64,000 nucleotides of DNA from Rhina ancylostomus (taxonomy: Eukaryota): contig JARFYF010000084.1 of assembly GCA_030265395.1 (NCBI GenBank), positions 59,398,680 through 59,462,679 of the forward strand, in the 5' to 3' direction. The notes below the pieces were generated by a model that was not told the origin of the DNA, searched no databases, and worked only from the letters and a program-made list of their open reading frames with translations. Shown here in pieces: positions 12,480 to 24,149 of this stretch. The translations under genes were made by a program, and so were the position numbers. Numbering within the stretch: position 1 is the stretch's first letter; every line of letters starts with the position of its first letter.

Positions 12480-13390
12480 AATTGCTGAGCAGCATTCAGA
12501 CAGTTCCTATTAAATGGCATGTGATATGTGTGTCAGCAATGGCCACTTCCAGCAAAAAGAATCCAACCACTTCCTCTTGGCATTCAAAACCATTACTATC
12601 ACCAATTCCCCACCATCAAAATCCAAGGGATCGTAGCTGACCAGAAACTTAAATGGCCTAGTCATTCAAGGAGCTATGACAGTAGGTCAGAAACTAGGTA
12701 TCCCAAGACTGTGCTCTTGAACCCTCAAAACCTTTCTGTTATCTGCATGGCAATGTGATGAGATACTAATCACTTGACAACAAAAGAGCAAGCTCCAACA
12801 ATAATGAAGTTAGATACCATCCTGTATAAAACCATCTGATGTACTATACATGCAGTTTGTATTATCTTAAGCATTTTTCTCTTTTGCCAAGTAAATAAGA
12901 AATGAAATTCTGAAATTCACTTTTACAAAAAAAACCTTGTAATTCACCAAGGCTTTCTTGATAGCATATTCTAGAAGATAAAGAACACAAGAAAGTAGGA
13001 GCNNNNNNNNNNNNNNNNNNNNNNNNNNNNNNNNNNNNNNNNNNNNNNNNNNNNNNNNNNNNNNNNNNNNNNNNNNNNNNNNNNNNNNNNNNNNNNNNNN
13101 NNNNNNNNNNNNNNNNNNNNNNNNNNNNNNNNNNNNNNNNNNNNNNNNNNNNNNNNNNNNNNNNNNNNNNNNNNNNNNNNNNNNNNNNNNNNNNNCCAAG
13201 AAGGACAAGGACAGCAGGGTTATAGAAACACTGCCACTTGACACTTCCTCTCCAAGTCACAACATTCTGATTTGAACGTGACTGGTCAATATCCAGGAAC
13301 AGCTAATGGTACTTACACCATAAGGACTGCAGTGATTCAGGAAGACATTGTTGGCTTGCCACTGACACTCATTCCACAAGGAAACAAAAA
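12480..13390 (+). mobile_element. Degenerate non-LTR retroelement 3' fragment, interrupted by a local duplication and a gap
   Basis: PTIKIQGIVADQKLKWPSH thumb-like motif; related 3' sequence occurs at 29050-29240. Confidence 0.45.
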
Positions 13391-14454
13391 AAAACAAAAT
13401 ACAACTTGCAGACACCAGAAATCTGAAGGGTCATCAAGCTGAACTATTAAATTTCTTTCTCTTTCCACAGCTGCTGTCTGACCTATGGATAATTTAAAAA
13501 CATGCTTTTATATTAAAAAATCTAATGCAAATTGATAAAGGAATCATTGTAAAATAATGAAAGTATATTTATCAATACTTCATTAACAGTATTCATAATA
13601 AATTAAATTTAATGATGTTAGTTAAAAATAAGTAATTGAGATTATTCTTGTTTGATAATACATGTGTTCACAATAAAAGGTACAGTGTTTAGAGGTGATC
13701 ATCCATTGGCAGAGTCAAGTGTACCATGGACAGTTTATCAGAAAATCTCAGTTGCATCTGTCATGTACACAGTCTGAAAAATGACAGGATCTCAGAAAAT
13801 CTCACCCTGAATCCCAGTGTATATAATTTCAAATAGTCTTGAACTGTAAGACAGTTTACTCGGTTGATAAAACACACACCAAATTTGATGCAAATAAAGA
13901 TATTAAAATGTATCCAACTGTACTTTTAAACATATCAGAAAATGTAAGAGTTATTTCTAGAGAAGGAGTTTAAATGCAATGATTCAATTAAGCATTTTTC
14001 TCTTTTGCCAAGTAAATAAGGAATGAAATTTTGAAATTCACTTTTACACTAAAAAAACTCCAATTTTAAATAGTACATTTCTGTTGGTCTGGTTATGATG
14101 ATCAGCTACATGCATAATTATCAGGTCTAAACATAAACAATAATCTTTTAAAGATTGATTAATTTATTGTTCAAAAATAATTACTGTTTGAGAATTTCAT
14201 AAACCATTGTCAAAGGCCTCTGCTAACATTCAGTAGAAAAATGTTAAAGGCTGTTTTGTGCCAGGGTCCATGTGAATGGATGAATGCAAGATCTAGAAAA
14301 TATATTAACAATGAAATATAACAATCAATAGATTTCCTTCCTATGTCCCACTTCAGGCATTATCTTAGGTATCATCTGATATAAAAAGTCTCTATCATGT
14401 TTGCACTTGATTTCTTGAAATGTTACATTCATATAGAAAAGAACAAAGTGAATA

Positions 14455-14770
14455 AATCATTTTTGATAGAGTGGATACAGTGAGAATGTTCCCATCATGG
14501 AAAAAAGCATAACTAGAGACCATTGTTATCAGACGGTAACTAAGAAAACCAAGGGAATTCAAGGAAACTTCTTTTCTCAAGAGTGGTGAAACTATGGAAC
14601 TCACTACCAAAGGGAGTGACTAGATTGAATGGTATAGATATATTTATCATGCAGTTGGTCAAGAACATAAGAATACAGGGTTATGCTTTTGGAGTTAGAT
14701 GGGGAAAGAAGGGAGGAGGGTCAGGTGGAGAAAACTGGCCTACTTGGGCCCCAAATCCTACATAATCCTT
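14455..14770 (+). mobile_element. CR1 3' fragment
   Basis: FFSQRVVKLWNSLP motif and CR1-like 3' UTR. Confidence 0.75.
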
Positions 14771-15257
14771 TTGCACTAAGTATTCTGCTAGTTCTTCTAG
14801 CTTCTAGCTAAGCATTTTCAAGTGGACAAACAGGGTTTTTAATAACAAAGATGCAAGACATTGCATATTTTACAATACAATGTTTAACCTTCCCTGCTCA
14901 AAAATGTATTTAAACTGTTGGTAACATTTTGTATTTGAAGCTCCTAATTATGCAAGAATCTTGACCCTTGAGTTCATCTCGTCATAGCTTTATCACCCAT
15001 TGGCTTTGATGAATCAAGCTAGCAGGCAGTATCTTGCAGCTTGCAAATTAGAGCCAGCTGTTAACAACTTCTTGCAATTGTTAATTGATAAGAGATCAGG
15101 CCATTTACAGAGTGTGCTGGGCCTTGCTGTTTTAAAGCTTTACCTTCAGTGGGGATTACTGAGCACAAAACCCGGCAGGCAATTTTTTTTAGGGCAGGGC
15201 AGTGAAAGAAAAAAAGAAAAAGATTCCATATAAAACATCAAACATAATTTTTCAGCT

Positions 15258-16376
15258 TTATCTTGGAATATGAGCAATTTTGGTATTGCATTCAAATAGC
15301 TGTTTAGAGCATGATATGTTAGTAACAGGTAAGGCTTTCAAAATGCAAACTTTTGTCTTGAAATCCTGATTAGGCTCTGGTTGGAAATATACTGGCTGGT
15401 TAGATTGAATGATAGCTGAGGTAGAATCCGCTTTTGCGACATANNNNNNNCTTGCATTTGGGTGGGCAAGGGAGTCAAGGAGCAAACACCGTGCACTCTT
15501 TCAATAGATCTATTAGAGAAATTTTCTAGTTTGCCCCAGTATTTTATCAAGTAGTCTATGAAAGTAATATCCAGATGAAATAAGACCTATTTTGTCCTCA
15601 TCAAAAGCTTCATATCTACAGCTGCCAAATATAATCAATACATGAGCAGATTATAGACTGAAGCTAGTTTAGCAGCCAAAGAAGACCAAAGCTTCCCTTT
15701 TTTTCCCCTTTTTTATGTCTTTCTTCCACCCTCAGACCAGCTTGTCATTGCATTGTCTTTTATGATCTGTTGTGTTGATAGTGCCTGTCCCACATGCAAC
15801 TAACTCACAATTTAAAAAAACAAAAGACATAGGTAGAGCTTTGTTTCTTATCCCATTTCATCCCCTTTCACCTGCACTGTCAGTCCTTTGGTTATTTACT
15901 CTTGTCTGCCTTCCACCCTGTTACTTCCCCCTCACTTTTCCTGCCCCATTCACCTGTAGTTCTAAATTTGGAATGATTGCCATTCTGAAACATTAATTCT
16001 GTTTCTTTCTCAACAGGTTCTGCTTGACCAGCACTTTCTGTTTTTATATTCTAGAGAAGGATCTTTTAACTGGTAAATGAACTGGTATAGAAATTCAATT
16101 TCACTCGTGCTCTGCTCCATCTGCCTGTTGCAAGGAGCCCAGGATGTTGGTGCCGGCAGGTCATGATACCAAGACATGCATGCAAACAATTTTTTTGGCT
16201 TTTTCCCTCTATATGTGGGGTGGGATGGATCATGAGAATAAGATTCCAATTTAAATTATGCTACAAAATGCTTTTGGTGCACATTCTCAACATGATCTAA
16301 TATAACTGGCAGTTTATCTAATGCAGTCTGTCCATGCGTATACTGCCATGGGGTCCCTTGGGCATTTACTTTCAGC
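15258..16376 (-). pseudogene. Disabled EF-hand protein gene nested antisense in an ADCY10-like intron; EFCAB9-like (tentative)
   Basis: Acceptor catttcag at 16377 opens a ~108-codon frame with a single TAA (ORFs 16256-16459 and 16010-16249 share a frame). After a Penelope fragment, another frame gives YEAFDEDKIGLIS (EF-hand-like loop, ~15576-15614). Three ordered weak matches to recalled EFCAB9: LDKLPVILDHVENV vs LDKIYCLLSVRNV; YQFIYQLKD vs YHFLHHVTD; YEAFDEDKIGLI vs FDMLDWNAVGEI. Confidence 0.4.
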
Positions 16377-17081
16377 CTGAAATGTAAGAGTTTAACAATC
16401 AGATCCTTTGTCATTAGAGTCCTGTGCATTTTGATTTGAGAACAGAAGAGCTTAATCACATTGAAGTCTGTTTAAAATCAAATTGAATATTGGAAGTTTA
16501 CTTAGAATTATACAGGAATCACAACGCAAAAATAGGGCATTCAGATTACGAACAGCATTACATAAGTTGTCCTGCACTAATAGCATGAGGTAATTAGCAA
16601 CATTGTGAACAGCTGCCTTTAGAACAATCAGAAACCGGTTTATTTTGGCCTTTCAAGATCAAACATTCCAAGGACTGTCATTCATCATGGGTAGACATTT
16701 CCTTGTCTGTGCTCTCCAGCAGGCAGTTCAGCAATGTATTATCAGTCTGTTTTTCTAATTCAGTTTTAGCCTATGGCAGCCAGAACACAAAACCACCACT
16801 TTGTGAAAGTGACATTGTAGATCTGTGGTATTTCTTCTCCTGAATAGTCAGTCAAGAACTATCTGACCAAGTTTATTCCAGTGAATGAATGGCAAACATC
16901 AGTTAATATTCAAGAACTCTCATCATTTTCAATTATTGGAGACAGCAACTTGAAGTAGTGAATAAACAAAAGAATGCCAACAACAGTATTTAAATGTATA
17001 ATTGACAGTTTTCCCATTTTTTCTCTACACCGAAAGATAACTAGTACAAATATATAATGAACAATTTCAGATTACTATCTC

Positions 17082-18250
17082 AGAGACACAAGAGATTCTG
17101 CAGATGGCAGAATCTGGAGCAAACCACACAAAATGCTGGAGAAATTCAGCAGGTCAGGCAGCATCCATGGAGAGAAATAAACAGTCCATGTTTCGGGTTG
17201 AGACCCTTCATCAGGACTGCAAAGGAAGAAGGCAGAAGCTGGAACAAGAAGGTCGGGGGAGGAGGAAAGAGTACATTCAGGCAGGTGATAGGCAAGTTCA
17301 GGTGAGAGGGGTAAGGTAGGAGGGTGGGGATGGGGGAGGGGGAGATGTAAGAAGCTGAGAGGTGATAGGTAGAAGAGACAAAGGGCCGAAGAAGAAGGAA
17401 TCCAGTAGGAGAGAGCAGTGGACCATGGAATAAAGGGAAGGAGATGGGGAATAGACAATCCTTCCAGGTGAGGCAGTGCTTCACCTGTGAACCTGAGTGT
17501 GGCATTTATTGCATTCGGTGCTCCCAGTGTGGCCTCCTCTACATCAGTGAGACTTGACACAGATTGGCTGACCATTTTGCCGAGCCCCTTCACTCCATCC
17601 GCCACAAAAGCAAGGATCTCCCAGTGGTCGACCACTTCAATTCCACATCCCACTCCCATACCAACAATCTATCCATGGACTCCTCTACTGCCACGTTGAG
17701 GCCAGATGTAGACTGGAGGAACAACACTTCATATTTCGCCTTGGTAGTCTCCAACCTGAAGGCCTCAGCATCAACTTCTCTAACTTCCGGTAACCCCTCC
17801 CCTCTTCTCACCATTCCCCCCCCCCCCAACTTTNNNNNNNNNNNNNNNNNNNNNNNNNNNNNNNNNNNNNNNNNNNNNNNNNNNNNNNNNNNNNNNNNNN
17901 NNNNNNNNNNNNNNNNNNNNNNNNNNNNNNNGTTTACTTTGGCTCCTGGCTGCTTAGAGTGGTCTACTCTAGAGCAGTCCTGTGTTCCTCTTTGAATATC
18001 CAGTTTGTGTTAGGATTCCTCCTCAGATCTCTGAGGCAAGATTCCCTCCAGTTGCTGCCTGTATTTGGTCCTGAGGAAGTATCCTGACTCCAGTCTTGTA
18101 CCAGTGGACTCCAGTCTTGTACCAGTGTGCTGCATTTGGGTTCTCTGTGAGCTTGCTCTTTGCTCAACATTGTGACACTGTTTCTTTCTCTCCATAGGTG
18201 CTGCCTGACCTGCTGAGTTCCTCCAGCATTTTGTCTGTGTTATTCAAGTT
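17082..18250 (+). mobile_element. Penelope-like element: inverted pseudo-LTR, GIY-YIG endonuclease, pseudo-LTR
   Basis: 17460-17790 FTC..IYCIRCSQCGLLYISET*HRLADHFAE..PVVDHFN..LEEQHFIFRLGSLQPEGLSI; 17130-17175 is the reverse complement of 18185-18240. Confidence 0.9.
18086..18127. repeat. 21-bp tandem duplication
   Basis: gactccagtcttgtaccagtg x2. Confidence 0.9.
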
Positions 18251-18439
18251 ACAGTCATGTTGTTTTCAGGAATAAGTTTAGTAGTTTTCAACCTGTAAAT
18301 TCACAACCCCACCTTGTAATCACAAATTTGTTGGATGTTTGTGGATTTTTAAAATAATTGATGTGATACATTTCTCCAAAACTTCAATATCCTGGTTCAC
18401 ATGCCTTTTTCTACAACTTAAACAGATCTGATTTTTGTT

Positions 18440-18557
18440 TAAAGGTGTTTTGATAGGTACTTAGATGGAAAAGACCCAGAGGGATATGGGCCTAATGCAA
18501 GCAAATGGGATTAGTGTGGATAGGCATCATGGTCAGCATGGATGAGATGGGCCAAAG
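18440..18557 (+). mobile_element. CR1 3' end
   Basis: gataggtacttagatgg..gggatatgggcctaatgca..ggtcagcatggatgagatgggcc. Confidence 0.8.
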
Positions 18558-19066
18558 NNNNNNNNNNNNNNNNNNNNNNNNNNNNNNNNNNNNNNNNNNN
18601 NNNNNNNNNNNNNNNNNNNNNNNNNNNNNNNNNNNNNNNNNNNNNNNNNNNNNNNNNNNNNNNNNNNNNNNNNNNNNNNNNNNNNNNNNNNNNNNNNNNN
18701 NNNNNNNNNNNNNNNNNNNNNNNNNNNNNNNNNNNNNNNNNNNNNNNNNNNNNNNNNNNNNNNNNNNNNNNNNNNNNNNNNNNNNNNNNNNNNNNNNNNN
18801 NNNNNNNNNNNNNNNNNNNNNNNNNNNNNNNNNNNNNNNNNNNNNNNNNNNNNNNNNNNNNNNNNNNNNNNNNNNNNNNNNNNNNNNNNNNNNNNNNNNN
18901 NNNNNNNNNNNNNNNNNNNNNNNNNNNNNNNNNNNNNNNNNNNNNNNNNNNNNNNNNNNNNNNNNNNNNNNNNNNNNNNNNNNNNNNNNNNNNNNNNNNN
19001 NNNNNNNNNNNNNNNNNNNNNNNNNNNNNNNNNNNNNNNNNNNNNNNNNNNNNNNNNNNNNNNNNN
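18558..19066. other. Largest assembly N-gap (others: 4128-4227, 13003-13195, 15444-15450, 17834-17931, 34830-34929, 57070-57169, 59214-59262)
   Basis: Runs of n in the sequence. Confidence 0.99.
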
Positions 19067-19535
19067 AGGGGATGGGCCAAAGTTATGGAGGCAGGTGGTA
19101 TGGGGGGGTGGGGAGGAGAGGAAAAGGAGAGAAAAAATGGTGAGAATAAAAGAGAGACTAGGAATGGGAAGAAAAGAAGAGGCAAGGTCAGGTGGAGGGG
19201 TGTGGTGGGGTGTTGGTTTACTTAAAGTGGGAGAATTTGACATTCATACTATTTGGGACCTTGCAGCCTAACGGCATGAACATTGAATTCTCCCACTACC
19301 TATCACCACCTTGTGTTCACCCCGCCTCCCCTCTTTTGTCCACCTATCACTGCTCTGCTTTTCCCCCTATATTTTGGGCTTCCCCTTTTCCTATCTTGAA
19401 TCCTGAAGAAGGGTCCTGACCTAAAACATTGACAGTCTGCTTTTCTCCATGAACGCTGCCTGGCCTGCTGAATTCCTCCAGCACCTTGTTTTATCATCTA
19501 GATTCCTGCATCTGCAGTCCTTTGTTTCTCTAGGA
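19067..19535 (+). mobile_element. Penelope 3' fragment with an inverted junction near 19250
   Basis: GTLQPNGMNIEFS on plus preceded by an antisense copy of the same segment; pseudo-LTR ends ctcc agcaccttgtt..tgcatctgcagtc. Confidence 0.75.
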
Positions 19536-20514
19536 AACTGAAATATCTAGGTTGGGCACAGGGGTTTATACAGTTATCCTCAGTTCTACAGATTCACAAA
19601 CAAATTTACAGATCTACAGAGGACTTCCTCCAGCATTTTGGTTGTTGATTCAGAGGGTAGTGTGATTTGCCTAAAAAATCATTGGGTGGCTGATGTTTTC
19701 ATAGTGCTGTGGACTGAGTTAAGGTACAAGAAATACCTACTTGGCGTTGTCTACTACAAGTGGTCACAAACAAAATAACCACTGCAGTGTGCAATTTTTA
19801 ATCATTTACTTTTCTTTCATCAGGCTATAGGATACAGTCTATAACATGATTTTTTTGGATTCAATAATATTACACAGGTTACTCGTATTACCACTGACTG
19901 TCCACAGAGAGTGAGGTGAGCTCATTTGCTTATGTAGCAAAAAAGTCATTACTTTATACTATGGTGAACAGCTGATCGACTTGTGTTACTAATATTTTAA
20001 GTGACAACCTACTGTGAGCTTGGAATATAAATAAAAGAGCATTTTGCACTTTCATTTTCCCAGGCACCATTGGAGCTGTGTTTATAGGAAAATTTATCCA
20101 AAGATCCTTATGAAACACAATATAATTTGGTTACTGACTATATCTCGTATCAGAACTTCAGGAAGTGTTGCTGTTCTGACAAATAAACAATACACAGAAT
20201 TGTTCAGAAATGACCTCTAAAAGCTCCTACCTGTCTTTAAGTAGGTTTCTTTAAATTGTTAATTTTTAAATTAATTCACAGTCCCCGAAGTAATGTTGAA
20301 ATTACTCGAATATTCAGCTGAGAGAGTGTGACTTAGTGGAGAACTTGCATTGATGGCAATGCAAGTTTTGAAATGGTAGTACTCCCATTTCGGTCTGGCT
20401 GCATTCAGTACTGGCAAAGAATTATTCTGAGGTTATAGTTATGGCAGCAACAGGTGGGGGAATTCATGGAGGTCATCCTTACTAAAGCTGAAAATGCATC
20501 ATAAGCTTTTTCTG

Positions 20515-21830
20515 AATTGCTAAATTGGTTTATTATTCTCAGATGGACTGAGGTACAGTGAAACACTTTGTTTTGCATGCTATCCATACAGATCATTTCA
20601 TTACAACAGTGCATTGAGTCAGTACAAGGGGGGGAAAATTACACGGTGCAGAATAGTGTTTCATTTACAGAGAGTGCAAATCGGGCAGACAATAAGGTAC
20701 AAGGCCATAAAGTAGATTGTGAGGTCAAGAGTCCATCTTAATGGATCCATTCAATAGTCTGGTAGGATAGAAGCTGCCCTTGAGCCTGGTGGTACATGCT
20801 TTCAGGCTTTTGTACCTTCTGCCCAGAGGGAGGGGGGAGAAGAGAGAATGTCCAAGGTAGGTGGGGTCATTGATTATGTTGACTGCTTTACAAATACAGC
20901 GAGAAGTGTAGACAGAGTACATGAAGGGGAGGCTGGCTTCTGTGATGGGCTGAAGTGAGTCCACAACTCGCTGCACTTTCTTACGGTTTCAGTCAGAGCA
21001 GTTGCCATACCGAGCCACGATGCGTTTGGATTGGATGCTTTCAATGGTGCATTGATTGAAAACTGGCGAGGGTCTAAGGGAATATGCCTAATTCCTTTAG
21101 CCTCCTGAGGAAGTAGAGCTACTGGTGAGCTTTCTTAACCATGGCATCTATGTGGTTGGACCAGGACAGGGTATTACTGATGTTTCTTCCTAGGAACCTG
21201 AAGCTTCCAGCTATCTTGACCTTAGTATGGTTGATGTAAACAGGAATGTGTGCACTGCCCACCTTCCTGAAGTTAATGAGTAGTTCTTTTGTTTAGCTGT
21301 CATTCAGGGAAAGGTTGTTGTCAAGACTCTGTGCCACTAGGCTCTCTATCTCCTTCCTGTACTCTTACTCATTGTTATTTGACATTTTGCCCACTACAGT
21401 GGTATCATCTGTAAACTTGTAGATGGAAGTAGAGCAGAATCTGTCCATGCAATCATGAGTGTATAGGGAGTAAAGTAGGGGGCTGAGGATGCAGCCTTGT
21501 GGGGCACCGGTGTTGAGGATGATCGTATCAGAGGTGTTGCTGCCTATCCTCACTTGCGATCTGATGGTCAGGAAGTCAAGGACCCAGTTGCAATGGGAGA
21601 TGTTGAGTCCCAGGTCTAAGAGTTTGGAGAAGAGTTTGTTTGGAATTATAGTATTGAAGGCAAAGCTGTAGTCAATAAACAGTCTAATGTAGGCAGCTTT
21701 ACTGTCCAGATGATCCAGAGATGACTGTAGGGCCAGGGACATGGAGTCCACTGTGGATCTGTTTTGGTGGTAAGTGACTTGCAGTGGGTCAAGGATGTAT
21801 GGGAGGCTGGAGTTGATGTGTGCCATGACA
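20515..21830 (-). mobile_element. Rex1/Babar-type LINE, 5'-truncated RT region and 3' UTR
   Basis: [52 protein letters not shown]. Confidence 0.9.
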
Positions 21831-24149
21831 AGCGCCTCTAATTGGGATTCAGGAAGGTGAATTGCTCACTAAGCACCGAGATTGACAAACTTCCTGGTGA
21901 GAGCCTTTCTCCCTCTTCTTCAACTGAGGTAGAATTTCTAGGTAAGTTTCAGCAGGCTACTCAATGGCAAGGATTTTGAAGCTTATCTTCACTGGATAGT
22001 CACTTTTAGACCAGGTCATCCAAAAACAGGACTTTGCTTGACACCAATAATATAAGGACACTGAGGACAATTAAACTGGACTAACTATTATTGTACTAAG
22101 ATTTAATTCCCAGCCTGAGTTTTTTCAATCTAGACTGGGAATTAAATCTTTCTTTGTAGCACAGCTTCTCCTTGAATATCATTTTTTTTTCAAATAACAC
22201 ATTTACCAAACTATTGAAATTGAACTATCACAGATCATAGTTTTTCAATTCCATTAGGGAACTTTGCTTATTGCAAGTCCTGGATACAGAACATTGAGCC
22301 ATTTTAGCCTCGCATCTCCAAAGACTCTCCTTACAGAGGAATTCCATCAATATGCACTCCCAGGGGAGAAGTACATTCGTAAAGTTCCATCCAATAAAAT
22401 GAACCAAAATAGAAGATATTACAAGAAGAAAAATGTTGAAAGATAGAAATTTAAGACTTGAGTCCATTGCAGTATTTCACAGGTATAAAGGCCATCTTCA
22501 CAAGCACAATAAAGCATTTAGCAGTTTCAATCTCCCAGCTTTAAGGAAATAATGAATTTTGTTATTACATAGGTTCTTGCTAGGAACAGTTCAAACACTA
22601 CCTATTGTGATACCAAAATAAAAAGACATGATTTCTGTGAAACCTCAAAATCCATTCCTGTTTAGGGCAAACAAGTGAAAGTTCTCTGTTATTTTGTAAG
22701 AGTGTGGCATGATTGTGAACAATGACTGTTACTTTAAGGCTGTCATCCCTTTTAATATTTTGTCATGTGACCAGTTACTTTTTTTTGTTGCAAGTATTGA
22801 ATAGAAAGTTCCAAAGGCAGTTTGTGAAGCGACCTTGAATATGCCATGTACTTTGAGCTTCCCGTATCTTGTGTATATGTGTCTACGTTCTCCAATGGAC
22901 TTTGTTGGAGATTAAGAATCCACTGGGCACACATAGATTACAAAGAGAAGCTGCCCTAGGGAAGAATTTCTGACGAGGCAGGTTGCGTGCTGCAGAAAGA
23001 GTCTATGCAATTATTCTATTTTGTAATAAAATATGCTTTAGTGCCTTTCACATATTGAGGACATCTCAATGTGCATTTAATATTTAGCTGCAATGTGGAG
23101 AAGCAGATAATTAGCTGTGTCAAGTAGCTGCTGCCTAATATGGTATTATCTGACCTTCAAGGGACCAAATGAAAGATGGCAAAAGGAAATGCGTTCCTGG
23201 AGGAGTTAGTCAAAGTGAAAGATCGTGTCTGGGGGAAATCACATGATGAATCCTGTGAAACAAGGTACTCGTGAAATGTACACATCTGAAGGAATGATGG
23301 AGAAGAAAGGTGTTTATGCAAGAAGAAAATAGTGGATCTTTGCTTTTGATTAGTGGATGATGTAGTTTTTTTTATTATTTGCTGAGCAGACTAATCAATT
23401 ACCATGCTTTGAAGGTGATCACCTGGCCTTTAACAACTGTCTGCATGTCATCATCATATGTTTCCTGTCACCTTGTTAACTTATCAAAGACATTATGGTG
23501 TATAAGGCTCATAGATTTAACTTCATTATTGACAAATGCCACCATTTATACACAATCAAGAAAGTTTGATCATACTGCAGCTGTTTAGACTAGACTGATA
23601 TTATTCAATTTAGAAAGCTTAAATCTTCGCACAATACTTTAGCAAAGAAATCAAGATTCAATTGCTCAACAGAACTGCAAAAAGATACAAGGACACAATC
23701 ACTGAGAAATTCATCTCAGTTGGTACCACTAAGTTCACAATGTTATTGTAATGTTACATAGTATTCCATCTAATGAACCTCAATCCATTGATCATACTGG
23801 CTCACAATTTCAGGAGTGTACCAGAACACTCAAATCTCATTCCTGTTCATGGGGTCACTGAATCACCTGGACATGGTAAATGCAAAACCATCAGATAAAG
23901 TACTGGATTCATCTTTCAGGGACCCTGTATGATTCTCTTTCTATTTAAATGATTGCTCTAAAATTGGTAGGTGCCCACATGAGTGTGTATTCATTTCTAC
24001 TCAGCCTTTCTGGATTCTGGCTGAAGAACCGCTCCTGAAGTGCAATTTCCGTCATCTATTGGCATAATAGACATAATTTTTATCACACCATAAGTCCAAA
24101 AAGGTATATACAATAGCATCAACTACTAAACATGACTTTTTTAGTTCAC

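Noticed and set aside
18505-19243. Long ORFs of 212-236 aa, and others crossing N-runs
   Set aside because: Artefacts of translating assembly gaps.
23176-23264. NAFLEEL looked like the start of a Gla domain
   Set aside because: It lacks the LERECxEExC and EEARE motifs.
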